Assembly (NCBI GenBank): GCA_038893995.1
Contig: JAWAQK010000001.1
Coordinates: 1 to 64,000, forward strand
Length of the DNA stretch: 64,000 nucleotides
Reading direction: 5' to 3'
Origin: Candidatus Thorarchaeota archaeon
Lineage (GTDB): Archaea; Asgardarchaeota; Thorarchaeia; Thorarchaeales; Thorarchaeaceae
Position numbers and translations under genes: made by a program. Below, piece after piece: positions 1 to 10,041 of the stretch. Numbering within the stretch: position 1 is the first letter of the stretch; each line of letters opens with the position of its first letter. Below the pieces are notes generated by a model. That model worked only from the letters and a program-made list of their open reading frames with translations. It was not told where the DNA came from and did no database searches.

Positions 1-190
1 CAATGTCAGGTTCTTCCATGTACTTCAGACCCGATGAGATCATGCCTGCACATGTGCCAACTGTGGCTGATGCCACATCGCCACGTTCCAGCACCAGAGT
101 CCTGAATCCTCTCAGCGCGCAGTCACGGGCAACGGCAGTCCCTGTGCTGCCGGCACCGATCACTATCACGTCATACGTCTCGTCGCTCAT
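1..190 (-). CDS. FAD-dependent glycerol-3-phosphate dehydrogenase-like (GlpA/GlpD family), 5' part only, runs off the window
   Basis: Not in the ORF track. Manual translation from ATG at 190 gives MSDETYDVIVIGAGSTGTAVARDCALRGFRTLVLERGDVASATVGTCAGMISSGLKY, with a GxGxxG Rossmann motif and the ARDxxLRG...SGxxY pattern of GlpA/D. It lies downstream of an FGGY kinase. Confidence 0.8.
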   Translation of the reverse strand, partial: MSDETYDVIVIGAGSTGTAVARDCALRGFRTLVLERGDVASATVGTCAGMISSGLKYMEEPDI

Positions 191-363
191 GCCCAGGTCA
201 CACAACGTTCGAAGTTGAGACTCTCTGTCAACGCCTCAAGATGGTGAAGCTTGAACAGCCACAGAATAAAGAGTTTCGGAGCGACCTTGAGGGTCGGTCC
301 AGGGTACACTGAGAGGTGTATGCCACATATGAATCACCGCTCAATGAGAGTGTGACCACATCT

Positions 364-1821
364 CTAGGAGGTCAGCTCCAGAAGCGATGGCATCTCCGCC
401 ATCAGGAGCTTGTTGAATACCCCGTATAGCTGTTCGTATACCTGAACATTACTCGCGATTGGCCTGCGCCTCTCCTCGATGTGGACCATGTTGTCAACTG
501 CCTCGACATGGTCTGCGTAGACACCAGTGCCAACCGAAGCAAGTATAGCGGCGCCTATGACCGTAGAATCGCGCGATCGTGGCAGTGCGACCACCCTGTT
601 CGTGCAGTCGGCAATTATCTGACGCCACAGCGGCGAATTGGCGCCTCCCCCGTCTATGATGACCTCGTTAAACGTTATGTCGAGCATTCCTTCCATCATC
701 TGAAGATACATCTGTATGCCGTAACCATTGGCCTCCATGATGGCCCTGGCAATGTGCGCTCTGGTGTGCCTGAACCCAAGATTGTAGAAGATCCCCTTGT
801 TGTATGCCATGAATGGGAATACTACTAGACCGTCGCTACCGGCTGGGACACTCGATGCAGAACCCTCAATGACCTCGTAGGGATTGCGATTGGTCTGGAG
901 TGCAATGGCCCTCTCAGTATCGCAGTAGTGGTCCCGGAACCATTTGTACATCAGTCCGGTGCCTGGGACTACGCCCTCGAGAATCCACTTTCCGGGAATC
1001 GCAGAGGGGTTACTGAACATCACATATGGGTCTTCTATGTGAGTGTCGGTGTGTGTAATGACAAACGTGCCCGTTCCGGTGGTGGCCTTGACCACACCAC
1101 TCCTTATCGTTCCAGTACCGAGAGCAGAGCATTGTTGATCACCACACCCCATTATCACAGGGGTACCTGGTCTGAGCCCGGACTCCCGTGCAGCCTCAGC
1201 TGTGACCTCGCCGATCAGTCTTCCCGGACTCGAGATCTCGGCCAGCTTCTCTATGGGTATGCCTGTCAGCTCACATAGGCGCTCGGACCAAGACAAGGTC
1301 TCATGATCAATAGGACCATAGCGTGCATTTGATGGTTCAGTCAACATCTGACCGCAGAGCCTGTAGTTGATGAAGGCATCAAGTGTCAGGAACTTGTACG
1401 CCCTTGCAAACAGATTGGGCTCATTCTCTGCAAACCACATTATCTTGTTGATGCTCTTCCGCGGACCGATCTCAGCGGCCAGCTCCTTCGACTTGGACGT
1501 GGATCTGTTGTCAACCCATGTCACTGTAGGGCCCAGTGGCTGTCCGGACCTGTCCACAGGCGTTATACAGTCACGTGTTGTAGCCACCACACAGGCGACC
1601 ACTGATTCTCTACCGGTCCGTAGCGAGGAGATTGCCCTCTGCATGGTGTTGACCGCTGTCCGCCAGAATACCTCCGGGACCTGTTCGTGAGTACGTAGAT
1701 TGGAGGGCAACGGGGGATACTCCTCGTAGGCCTTACTCAGTTCCTGTCCCTCTTCATCCACAAGTGAGGAGCGTGCTCCTGTGGTTCCGATGTCAAATAC
1801 TGCAAACAAGCGCTGACTCAT
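364..1821 (-). CDS. FGGY-family carbohydrate kinase (xylulokinase/glycerol kinase-like)
   Basis: Motifs DIGTTGAR, WVDNRS, GDQQCSALG, TGTGTF and DGGGANSPLWRQI. Start moved to MSQRLF (ATG 1821). Confidence 0.9.
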   Translation of the reverse strand: MSQRLFAVFDIGTTGARSSLVDEEGQELSKAYEEYPPLPSNLRTHEQVPEVFWRTAVNTMQRAISSLRTGRESVVACVVATTRDCITPVDRSGQPLGPTVTWVDNRSTSKSKELAAEIGPRKSINKIMWFAENEPNLFARAYKFLTLDAFINYRLCGQMLTEPSNARYGPIDHETLSWSERLCELTGIPIEKLAEISSPGRLIGEVTAEAARESGLRPGTPVIMGCGDQQCSALGTGTIRSGVVKATTGTGTFVITHTDTHIEDPYVMFSNPSAIPGKWILEGVVPGTGLMYKWFRDHYCDTERAIALQTNRNPYEVIEGSASSVPAGSDGLVVFPFMAYNKGIFYNLGFRHTRAHIARAIMEANGYGIQMYLQMMEGMLDITFNEVIIDGGGANSPLWRQIIADCTNRVVALPRSRDSTVIGAAILASVGTGVYADHVEAVDNMVHIEERRRPIASNVQVYEQLYGVFNKLLMAEMPSLLELTS

Positions 1822-1908
1822 CTTGATCACAGCCGACAAATTCACAGTAGTAGAATGAGAGCTTAGATAAGAATCATCTTCCCAGCAGGCATGACGTGGA
1901 CTATTGGT

Positions 1909-2853
1909 ATGGAGTCGCCCAGTCAGTATCCAATATGCCAAGAGATTGAGTCAGGGGTGTACCTCGTCAGAGGGGCAAACTTCGCGAGATTCCCGGAGGC
2001 AAACTGTCTCCTGGTCGATGACGAGATACTCACCCTCGTCGATGCAGGAGCATCAATTGAGCACATACGGGCTGCGCTTCACGAAACGGGACATCGTGAG
2101 GAGGACATACAACGTATAGTGATCTCCCATTTCCACATTGATCACAAGGGATATGCCAATGTCTTGCGGATAGGGCCAGACTGTGAGGTGCTCTGCCATC
2201 CGGAGGCGGAGCCTGGTATTGTCAGCCTGCGTGGAATGGTCGCAATGTATGGCATAGATGGACATAGTCTGTATGACGACTGGGTGACCAGACTGAGGTC
2301 ATGGGTACCGCACATCACCAGAGAGTACAGGGTGACTGGGCACTACCGTGATGGGGTTCCAATAGACTGCGGACGGACACAGATCTACCCCCGCTTCTGC
2401 CCAGGCCATACTCCGGACCATACTTGCTTTGGAATAGACGGCTACGACACGATGATGCTCGTCGACATAGACCTCACGAGATTTGGTCCATGGTATGGCA
2501 ACATGGTGAGCGACATCAATGATTTCAAGCGGTCTATACTGGACATAATGGAGCTAGGGCCCACCAAGGTAGTGACGAGTCATATACTGGACCCTGTTAC
2601 TCAAGATGTCGACCTGAGGCTGACGCAGTATCTTGAGGTATTCGATAGGAGAGAGAAGAGGATACTCCAAATGATATCAGACGGCGTGGACACGATCGAG
2701 AAGCTGACTATGGCCCCAACGATCTATCCCCGTATTCCCGCCAACCTCTATTACATCTTCGAGGAGTTCATGCTCAGGAAGCATGTCGAGGACTTGATCG
2801 AGAGAGGAGCAGTGAGGGTGAAGGACGACAGACTCGTCGTCTGTCAGTCCTAG
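1909..2853 (+). CDS. MBL-fold metallo-hydrolase
   Basis: SHFHIDH (HxHxDH), PGHTPDH and LVDAG motifs. Start is probably ATG 1909. Confidence 0.85.
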   Translation: MESPSQYPICQEIESGVYLVRGANFARFPEANCLLVDDEILTLVDAGASIEHIRAALHETGHREEDIQRIVISHFHIDHKGYANVLRIGPDCEVLCHPEAEPGIVSLRGMVAMYGIDGHSLYDDWVTRLRSWVPHITREYRVTGHYRDGVPIDCGRTQIYPRFCPGHTPDHTCFGIDGYDTMMLVDIDLTRFGPWYGNMVSDINDFKRSILDIMELGPTKVVTSHILDPVTQDVDLRLTQYLEVFDRREKRILQMISDGVDTIEKLTMAPTIYPRIPANLYYIFEEFMLRKHVEDLIERGAVRVKDDRLVVCQS

Positions 2854-2864
2854 CTCTACGCCCA

Positions 2865-3650
2865 CTATCTGTGCTTGAACTTTGCCTCCCTCTTCTCAAG
2901 AAACGCCGCGACGCCCTCTGCCTTGTCTTCCGTCCCGAACACCTCGCAGAAGACATCGACCTCGTACCTGAGACACTCCTGGAGTGGAAGGGACCATGCG
3001 TTGTTCAGAGACTTCTTGGCGAGCTTGATTGCAACTCCAGGTTTCTTGGCGAGCTTCCTTGCGGTCTCCATGGCGCCATTTCTGAGGGCCTCCACGTTTT
3101 CAAAGACGCGCTCCACGAGACCAAGTCGTAATGCTTCCTCAGAAGTGATGGGGTCGCCCGTGAACACCAGTTCTTTCGCCTTTCCCAGTCCGATGAGCCT
3201 TGGAAGCCGAACAGTACCTCCAAATCCGGGGATGATGCCAAGGTTGATCTCCGGCTGAGCAAACTTTGCCCCTGCAGATGCATAGCGGATGTCACAGGCC
3301 ATCGCCACCTCACAGCCGCCACCATAGGCAATCCCGTTCACAGCCGCAATCACAGGCTTGCTCATTCCTTCGATGTACTTGCAGAGCTCTTGACCGTTCT
3401 CTACAAGCTCTCTGACTGTCTTGGAGTCACGGTCTTTGAACTCAACAATGTCTGCTCCAGCAGCAAAGGCCTTCTCACCTGCACCCGTGAGAATGACCAC
3501 CCTGATTGCCGGATCAGACTCAGCCCTCTTCATCAGCTCACGGATCGTCCTGACCACCTGCATACTCAGTGCATTGTACTTGGCAGGTCGATTGATCGTG
3601 ATCGTGGCAACGCCTTCCTCTAACTCATACAGCACTTCCTGTTCAGACAT
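2865..3650 (-). CDS. enoyl-CoA hydratase/isomerase (crotonase)
   Basis: AFAAGADI, GGGCEVAMACD and PEINLGIIPGFGG motifs, with both catalytic Glu present. Confidence 0.95.
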   Translation of the reverse strand: MSEQEVLYELEEGVATITINRPAKYNALSMQVVRTIRELMKRAESDPAIRVVILTGAGEKAFAAGADIVEFKDRDSKTVRELVENGQELCKYIEGMSKPVIAAVNGIAYGGGCEVAMACDIRYASAGAKFAQPEINLGIIPGFGGTVRLPRLIGLGKAKELVFTGDPITSEEALRLGLVERVFENVEALRNGAMETARKLAKKPGVAIKLAKKSLNNAWSLPLQECLRYEVDVFCEVFGTEDKAEGVAAFLEKREAKFKHR

Positions 3651-3801
3651 GGTGAAACCTCCCAGTTCTGCCCGCGGGAGCAGTCAGGAGTGAGTAATAA
3701 GCGTTCACCAAGACGACGCTGACCCCCCTGCCATGTTATGAAAACTTTAAGAATGATTGAAACTGAGTTTTGTCAACCCCATAGTTGGAGACATCTGGCC
3801 C

Positions 3802-4146
3802 ATGTCTCGACGAAAGGAACTCTGGAAACAGTCCTTGCTGCAGATGAAGCAGTCACTGCTAAGCACGTATGATCTGAACACTACCGCAGAGGAGGAGGAG
3901 AGGTTCATCAAGGCCTGGTCTGGTCACGGTGACCGGTATGTCATCTTCTCTGGGTACAGGAGAAACGAGGGGAGAAAACGGATCCTCGATATCGCTGATG
4001 TCATAGACAGGGCGATCGCAGACATAGAAACAAGGGAAGACAGGGAGGCCTCGAAACTATACATTGAAACGCTGCGGTCGGTGGCCCTGTGTTCCAATTG
4101 GGCAAGAGTCCTCGAGTACTCTACGCAGATGACCACAGAAACATGA
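3802..4146 (+). CDS. hypothetical helical protein
   Basis: Fills the gap between two minus-strand genes, has protein-like composition and an AT-rich stretch near 3740-3750. No motif recognised. Confidence 0.6.
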   Translation: MSRRKELWKQSLLQMKQSLLSTYDLNTTAEEEERFIKAWSGHGDRYVIFSGYRRNEGRKRILDIADVIDRAIADIETREDREASKLYIETLRSVALCSNWARVLEYSTQMTTET

Positions 4147-4171
4147 GGAGGGCACTAATGGCCCTCCACGA

Positions 4172-4588
4172 CTACACTAGCCACTTGTAGGTGAACTTCT
4201 TCTCGTCGACCCGCTCGAAGCCTAGCTTGAGGGGCATCCCCACGTATGGCATGTCCATCAGATTGGTGATGTGAGCTGTCAGGCGGAGCCCAGACGGGAA
4301 CTCGCCTATCGCCACGACGTAGGGCGCCCGTGACGACATGGTCTCGGGAGCAAAGTCCACGATGACATAAGACCAGAGCTTGGCCTCAGTCTCGTTGAAC
4401 GGTTCGAGTGTGCAGTGGCTCAGGCAGGACTTGCAGTGCTCCCTTGGGGGGAGATACTCCTTTCCACACTTGCTGCACTTGCTCTTCATCATCTGACCCT
4501 GTTCCAACTTGAGGAGAAACTCCTTGAAGAAGGGGGTCACGACCTTGTCCGTTGTGTATCCCAGATAGATCTCTTTCTCGCCTGACAT
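4172..4588 (-). CDS. Zn-ribbon/OB-fold DUF35-type thiolase-associated protein
   Basis: CSKCG...PPREHCKSC zinc ribbon plus an OB fold (PYVVAIGEF). The ATG overlaps the thiolase stop (TAATG). Confidence 0.9.
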   Translation of the reverse strand: MSGEKEIYLGYTTDKVVTPFFKEFLLKLEQGQMMKSKCSKCGKEYLPPREHCKSCLSHCTLEPFNETEAKLWSYVIVDFAPETMSSRAPYVVAIGEFPSGLRLTAHITNLMDMPYVGMPLKLGFERVDEKKFTYKWLV

Positions 4589-5757
4589 TACGACCAACCC
4601 CTTTCGAAGATGAAGACATTTACGAATTGACCGGACTGCCCAACGTTGTGTGCGAGCCCGTATCTGACGTCCTTGATCTGTCGCGATGGCTTGTCGGCCT
4701 TCCCCTTCATCTGCATGTAGATCTCATAGGTCATCGAGATCCCCGTCGCTCCGAGTGGGTGGCCCTTGCTCTTCAATCCACCATCACAGTTGACTGGAAT
4801 GCGCCCAGTGTGGTAGTTCTCCTTGTTCTCGACAATCTCTCTGCCCTTGCCAGGCTCAGCGAAACCAAGGTCCTCGTAGGCAATGAGCTCTGCAATGCTG
4901 AAGCAGTCATGGACCTGCGCCATGTCGATATCGCTTGGTTTCAGTCCGGCCATCTTGTAGGCTGCCGCTGCCGCCCTTCTCGCACCAGGGATCGATGTTA
5001 GGGAAGGACGGTCCTGGATCATCATCTCTGAGGCGCCAGCACCAATACCCCTTATCCACATGGGCTGGTCCGTGAACTCCTTGACCCTCTCTTCCGCCGC
5101 AATCACGACTGCTGCAGCCCCATCGGTTATGAGACTACAGTCATAGAGATTGAGCGGGCGACAGATTGGTACTGCGTTCATGGCCTCTTCCAGGGGTACC
5201 TCCTTTGGCAAGTGAGCCTTGGGGTTCTGTGCACCGTAATGGTGAGACTTCACGGAGATCATTGAGAGAATATCATGGGGAACATTGTACTTCGCCATAT
5301 ACTGCGTTGCCATCAGGGCATAGAATGCTGGAAAGGAGATTCCGTAGGGGTACTCCCAGCGCATGTCACCAGCTCTGGACATGTACTCTGTCGCAGTGGC
5401 CGATGAGACACGGTTCATCTGTTCTGCCCCTAGTACGAGCATGACGTCGTAAAGGCCTGACGCCACCATCCCCCACGCAGCTCTCAACGATGCAGTCCCG
5501 GTCGTACAGGCAGACTCCACCCTCATGTGCGGCTTGTCGCTCAGCCCGATGTAATCGGCCATGAGGGCAGAACCTGCACCCTGACCTGAGAACTGTGATG
5601 CCGCATAGGAGAGTACACTGGCATCTATCTTATCCTGAGTTATGCCAGCATCGTATATTGGCTTATAGGCCTCCCACGTGAGCTCCCTCAGGGTAGCATC
5701 ATATCGCTTACCAAACTTGCTGTGACCCGCGGCCACAACAGCAACTCTTCGTGCCAA
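4588..5757 (-). CDS. thiolase (acetyl-CoA acyltransferase, archaeal/SCP-x type)
   Basis: ESACTTG, VHDCFSIAE, GGLKSKGHPLGATG and HNVG motifs. Confidence 0.95.
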   Translation of the reverse strand: MARRVAVVAAGHSKFGKRYDATLRELTWEAYKPIYDAGITQDKIDASVLSYAASQFSGQGAGSALMADYIGLSDKPHMRVESACTTGTASLRAAWGMVASGLYDVMLVLGAEQMNRVSSATATEYMSRAGDMRWEYPYGISFPAFYALMATQYMAKYNVPHDILSMISVKSHHYGAQNPKAHLPKEVPLEEAMNAVPICRPLNLYDCSLITDGAAAVVIAAEERVKEFTDQPMWIRGIGAGASEMMIQDRPSLTSIPGARRAAAAAYKMAGLKPSDIDMAQVHDCFSIAELIAYEDLGFAEPGKGREIVENKENYHTGRIPVNCDGGLKSKGHPLGATGISMTYEIYMQMKGKADKPSRQIKDVRYGLAHNVGQSGQFVNVFIFERGWS

Positions 5758-5944
5758 TCTTCTTCCTCCAACGAAGTGAGATTCTTCGTATCACGAGTGT
5801 CTTCTCTTAATGGATATGTCTTGCAGGCCACGACTTAAGTCTGTTGCCATAGGAAGATAATTGAAGGAGTTTCTGACCGCCACTGGAGGCGACAGGTATT
5901 CAAGAAAGAGAGAGACTCTCGAGGGAGTCTCTCCATGTGAGGTT

Positions 5945-6766
5945 CTACGTTCCAGTAAACTTGCCCCGACGCTTCTCGAGTACTGCAGAGATTCCCTCTG
6001 CAAGGTCCTTGGTTTCAAAACATCTGACGGCTGCTTCGACCTCATACTTGAGATTGGACTCGTAGTCCTTCTCAAACGCCATGTGAGTGGCCTTCTTTGC
6101 GAGCGCAACTGCAATGGGTGCGTTTCCGCCGAGCTTTGCACCGTACCACATGGCTTGACTTATCAGCTCGTCCTTGTTGACCACCTTGCTCACAAGTCCC
6201 AGTTGGAGGGCCTCCTGTGCAGTGACCTGACCGCCAGTCAGGATCAGTTCGAGTGCCTTGCCAAGCCCAATGATCCTGGGGAGTCTCACACAACCACCCC
6301 ATGCCGGAATCAGACCCAGGCTCACCTCTGGAGCACCGATCTTGGCCTCGGACTCACATATTCGGATGTCACATGCAAGCGCAATCTCAGTGCCACCGCC
6401 GAGACAGAGGCCGTTTATTGCCGCAATGGTCGGCTTGGGAGATGTAGCAATCCTATCGATGGCCTTCTGACCCTGGCTGACCAGCTCAGCAACCTTCTTG
6501 GAATCGCCGAACAACGACTGAGCCATCTTCAGATCAGCACCAGTACAGTAGACCTTCTCATGGGCGCTAGCCAGCACAATAGACCGTACATCGTTGTCGC
6601 GTTCGGCCTCATCGAGGGCCGCTATGAGATCAGCGATGAACTCATCATTGATTGCATTCAGGGCGTCAAGCCGATTGAATTTGATCAGAGCAACATTCTT
6701 GACAGGACTCAGAAACGAGCCTGCTTTCTCGTATAGCATTGTCTTGAACTGAGGCATTCCGACCAC
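5945..6766 (-). CDS. enoyl-CoA hydratase/isomerase (crotonase)
   Basis: YCTGADL, GGGTEIALACD and PEVSLGLIPAWGG motifs. Confidence 0.95.
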   Translation of the reverse strand: MVGMPQFKTMLYEKAGSFLSPVKNVALIKFNRLDALNAINDEFIADLIAALDEAERDNDVRSIVLASAHEKVYCTGADLKMAQSLFGDSKKVAELVSQGQKAIDRIATSPKPTIAAINGLCLGGGTEIALACDIRICESEAKIGAPEVSLGLIPAWGGCVRLPRIIGLGKALELILTGGQVTAQEALQLGLVSKVVNKDELISQAMWYGAKLGGNAPIAVALAKKATHMAFEKDYESNLKYEVEAAVRCFETKDLAEGISAVLEKRRGKFTGT

Positions 6767-6805
6767 GTTCCGTAGGAACTATACTAGCACTTTTGATGTC
6801 CTGCC

Positions 6806-6812
6806 TTATAAA
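6806..6812 (-). promoter_or_regulatory. putative archaeal TATA box for the crotonase gene
   Basis: TTTATAA on the minus strand about 40 nt upstream of the ORF start, in a GC-rich background. Confidence 0.45.
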
Positions 6813-6897
6813 CATCCTACCTTTGCAGGACTGTCCAGACGGAGACATGTGTGAACGAGAGAAAGAGGGTGGGAGGCCGTACTCCCACCTCAGCTCA

Positions 6898-8022
6898 CTA
6901 CTTGAGCATCTTTGGTATGCTGTAACAGGGACCGTGCTCGGCCTGAAGCTTCTCAAGCTCACTCCTTATCCGGTCCATGCCATACTTCTCCGCCATCTCA
7001 AATGGGCCGAGCGGGAAATTCGCTCCGAGCTTCATTGCCTTGTCGATGTCTTCTTTTGTGGCGATGCCTGTGTCCACCAGTATCATGGCCTCCCTTATGA
7101 CGGGGAGGCTGATCCTATCCACAAGCCACTGCTGATCGACTCCCTTCGGTGGAGGAGCGGCTGCTGCCTTGCCACCATACTCGTAGAAGCCCTTCTTGGT
7201 CTTCATCCCGAGCGCCCCGTTCTTGACCAGGTTCTCAAGAGTAGCGGGAGGCTTGAAGCAATCACCAAGCGCTCGGTAGAGGGTGGTCATCGCGTTGAAG
7301 GCGATGTCGAGTCCGACAAAGTCGCCCAATGTGAAGGGACCAGCAGGAAACTTCGCCTTCGCCGTCATTGCCAGGTCGATCTCCTCCTTAGTGGCCACTC
7401 CGTTCTCATAGAGGAGTATGGCCTCTCGCAGGACTGGCATCAGTATCCTGTTCACAATGAACCCTGGGCTGTTCTTGGCCTTGACGCATATCTTGCCCTG
7501 CTTCTCGCCAACCCTGATGGCTGTGTCGATGGTCTCAGAGCTTGTCTTCTCACCGATCACCACCTCGAGCAACTTCATGGCAGCAACAGGCGAGAAATAG
7601 TGCATACCAATGAACTTGTCAGGTCTCTTCGTCACGCTGGCGAGCTCGTCGATGCTGAGAGACGATGTATTTGTTGCCAGGATGGCATGAGACGGCGCCT
7701 TCTCGTCGACCTCACGGAAGATCTTCTTCTTGACATCCATATTCTCAAACACTGCCTCTACCACTAGGTCGGCGTTCTTGACCGCCTCTTCGAGGGAGAC
7801 CGTCGCGCTGAGTCTTCCCATCAGTCTCTCTGCGTCCTGTAGGGATATCTTGCCCTTGTCGATGCCACCCATCACGTCATTACGAATGCGCTCCATGCCG
7901 GCATCGAGGGCCTGCTGATTGACGTCATTCATCACTACCTCAAAGCCATTCCAGGCCGAGACATAGGCGATGCCTGACCCCATCAGCCCAGACCCGACGA
8001 CGGCTATCCTCTTGACCTCCAT
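6898..8022 (-). CDS. 3-hydroxyacyl-CoA dehydrogenase with duplicated C-terminal dimerisation domain
   Basis: VVGSGLMGSGIA, EAVFEN, TNTSSL, GMHYFSP and PGFIVNRI motifs. A second REAMILVD..ATKEDIDKAM..FPLGPF repeat follows. Confidence 0.95.
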   Translation of the reverse strand: MEVKRIAVVGSGLMGSGIAYVSAWNGFEVVMNDVNQQALDAGMERIRNDVMGGIDKGKISLQDAERLMGRLSATVSLEEAVKNADLVVEAVFENMDVKKKIFREVDEKAPSHAILATNTSSLSIDELASVTKRPDKFIGMHYFSPVAAMKLLEVVIGEKTSSETIDTAIRVGEKQGKICVKAKNSPGFIVNRILMPVLREAILLYENGVATKEEIDLAMTAKAKFPAGPFTLGDFVGLDIAFNAMTTLYRALGDCFKPPATLENLVKNGALGMKTKKGFYEYGGKAAAAPPPKGVDQQWLVDRISLPVIREAMILVDTGIATKEDIDKAMKLGANFPLGPFEMAEKYGMDRIRSELEKLQAEHGPCYSIPKMLK

Positions 8023-8034
8023 CGTACCGACCTC

Positions 8035-8394
8035 CTAGAGCGCACTTGTCATCGCGGCCAGGATCAGGTTGGCCAGGGGATCGCTCTCATTTGCGTTCCC
8101 AATCACAGTGAGACTTCCGTCCTTCATCGTGTCCTTGAATGGTGTCTCACCAGTGAATATCCCCAGCAGGACCTGGCTCGTGGCCTTGTATATGACATCG
8201 GGACTCGGGTAGATACCGTCGTGGAGGGTCATTCCATCCTTTGTCACGACAATGTACTGGTCACCCTCCTCTGTATGGACCTGAAGGACCTTCCCGTCAA
8301 AGGGGCCGATCCAGCTGGCCAGCTGCTTCTTCAGGTCAGGCTTCTCGTTGACCTGCTTCATTAGGAACTGAAAGAACTCCTGTAGCTGTGTCAT
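8035..8394 (-). CDS. SCP2 sterol/lipid-carrier domain protein
   Basis: PDVIYKAT...LGIFTGE....TMKDGSLTVIGN matches the SCP2 pattern. It sits in a beta-oxidation operon with an ATGA overlap to the upstream stop. Confidence 0.75.
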   Translation of the reverse strand: MTQLQEFFQFLMKQVNEKPDLKKQLASWIGPFDGKVLQVHTEEGDQYIVVTKDGMTLHDGIYPSPDVIYKATSQVLLGIFTGETPFKDTMKDGSLTVIGNANESDPLANLILAAMTSAL

Positions 8395-8672
8395 TTCTTC
8401 GCCTCCTTCTTTGGCTGCCACTGGGCCAGTGCCTCGTGGACTGCCGCGTCGATAGAACTCGCCCAGATATTGCCCTTGGCCGCCCTCACCTTCTCAAGGA
8501 ACGCATCGTACTCGTCCCCGTCCATGAGAATGACGATACGCCCCTTTCTGTCATTGATGAAGGCCTGGTGAATCATCTTCTTGGATGTCCAGTACTCATG
8601 TTCTATGTCGCCCTCCTTCAGCCTAGGATAGAAGGGCCACTGACCGCTAGGATGCTTTCTGAACTTTGCCAT
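8391..8672 (-). CDS. small hypothetical protein, possible C-terminal ribbon-helix-helix
   Basis: Tightly packed in the operon. Carries a QWPFYP motif and an IVILMDGDEYDAFLEKV...IDAAVHEALAQW beta-alpha-alpha pattern. Confidence 0.7.
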   Translation of the reverse strand: MAKFRKHPSGQWPFYPRLKEGDIEHEYWTSKKMIHQAFINDRKGRIVILMDGDEYDAFLEKVRAAKGNIWASSIDAAVHEALAQWQPKKEAKK

Positions 8673-8673
8673 C

Positions 8674-8937
8674 TCATTCAAGCCTCCATTTCTTTACCTT
8701 GTCACCCGTTGCCTCAAGAAAGCCAGGTCGGAATGGCCACTGTACTGCGTAGCGCATTCCCTTCACGCCATTTACCTCACCACCGGACCATCTGCCCGTG
8801 TATATACGACCTCCCTTGCCGTGACTGAACTCATGCATGACGATCTCGATGAGACCCTCGATGGTGAGATTGGCCTCCTCTGCCAGTTCCTTGAGCTTGG
8901 CAGTAGTCTCCGGATCGAACTCAACATTCATTGTCAT
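8674..8937 (-). CDS. small hypothetical protein, possible N-terminal ribbon-helix-helix
   Basis: A GAGGTGA Shine-Dalgarno precedes ATG 8937. MNVEFDPETTAKLKELAEEANLTIEGLIEIVMHEF is CopG-like, and a QWPFRP motif is present. Confidence 0.7.
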   Translation of the reverse strand: MTMNVEFDPETTAKLKELAEEANLTIEGLIEIVMHEFSHGKGGRIYTGRWSGGEVNGVKGMRYAVQWPFRPGFLEATGDKVKKWRLE

Positions 8938-8939
8938 GA

Positions 8940-9698
8940 TCACCTCTTCTTCCTGAAGGCCAGCCGCTTGTATGGCAGACCCCATCTCTCGCTGTACATG
9001 AGACCCTCGAGGGGTGGCCTGCTCGGGCCCAGTGCTCTCGGTGAGATCCTCTTGCCGATGCAGAACGCCGTCAGAGGCTCCCATATCGGTGGAATGCCCA
9101 ACCTGTCACGAATGAGTTCCGCATGACGTGGGTCGGAGCATACAAGTGCCTCGTATCCGCACCCATATCCCAGTTCAGTTGCCACCAACCACATGTTCTG
9201 GACCGCCATTCCTGCAACCACCGAACCAAACAGAGAGTTCGGATACAGATACCCTGCGTCGTGCCAGGACTCACTCGCGCAGACAATTATGACAGCGTCG
9301 CTCTTCTCAGGGTAACGGAAGAGCTCCCCATCCCTCAGCCTTGCGTACACAGCTGCCCGGTAGGGATCTGAGATGAACCAGTTCCTTCCACTGGTCAACT
9401 CAAACGGGGCACCACCAAAAGCCGTCTGGGCCATCTCCTGAGCGATGTCAGCAAGAAACTTCTTGGTTTCTTGGTCATCACGAATGACAATGAATCGAAT
9501 CATGAGCATGTTCTCGGGGCTGGGCGCATGACGTGCCGCCTCCAAGATCATCTCAAGATGTTCGTCAGGGATCCTCTCACCCGTGAACTCCCGGATTGAC
9601 CTGCGCTCACGTATGAGCCGCAGAGATGCAAGTTCGCGGGTCGTCCCGACCTCCTCCTGGGATGTGCCAGACGAGTCGGACCTTGCTTCAGTGACCAT
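8940..9698 (-). CDS. nitroreductase-family flavoprotein
   Basis: RRSIREF, ILEAARHAPS and AVQNMWLVATELGYG motifs. Confidence 0.9.
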   Translation of the reverse strand: MVTEARSDSSGTSQEEVGTTRELASLRLIRERRSIREFTGERIPDEHLEMILEAARHAPSPENMLMIRFIVIRDDQETKKFLADIAQEMAQTAFGGAPFELTSGRNWFISDPYRAAVYARLRDGELFRYPEKSDAVIIVCASESWHDAGYLYPNSLFGSVVAGMAVQNMWLVATELGYGCGYEALVCSDPRHAELIRDRLGIPPIWEPLTAFCIGKRISPRALGPSRPPLEGLMYSERWGLPYKRLAFRKKR

Positions 9699-10041
9699 TT
9701 GAATACCTCATTGAGCTTTTGGATTACCGAATGTGAGCCACCATAAATGTGTATCGAGATACGATGGCACAGGGAGATGAACTGCACTCAGAAACGGAGA
9801 AGAGAGTACAGATGAGCGAGGCCTCACACCAGAACGGCTTGAACACAGTCACGGGCCCGACCTGAATCTCCAATATAGCGCCATCAATACGTAAGTATAT
9901 TCTTGATATCAGTTGGATAATGAGGTGATTGTACAAGGAAACAAATCAGTCACAAATCACGCAGAGAGCAGGTATCCTCCCAACTCCCGGTGGGAGGCGT
10001 ACCACATCTCTGCTATTCAGTGACTCCAGAGTAGTAACAGG

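Noticed and set aside
5861-7767. Long plus-strand ORFs (291 aa and 324 aa) opposite the crotonase and hydroxyacyl-CoA dehydrogenase genes
   Set aside because: They are antisense shadows of well-supported genes, common in GC-rich DNA, and carry no motifs. The same applies to most short ORFs in the track.
9971-10003. Hairpin CCTCCCA/TGGGAGG downstream of the DRTGG gene as a terminator
   Set aside because: The stem is short with no adjacent U-tract, and archaeal termination does not generally need hairpins. It could be chance.
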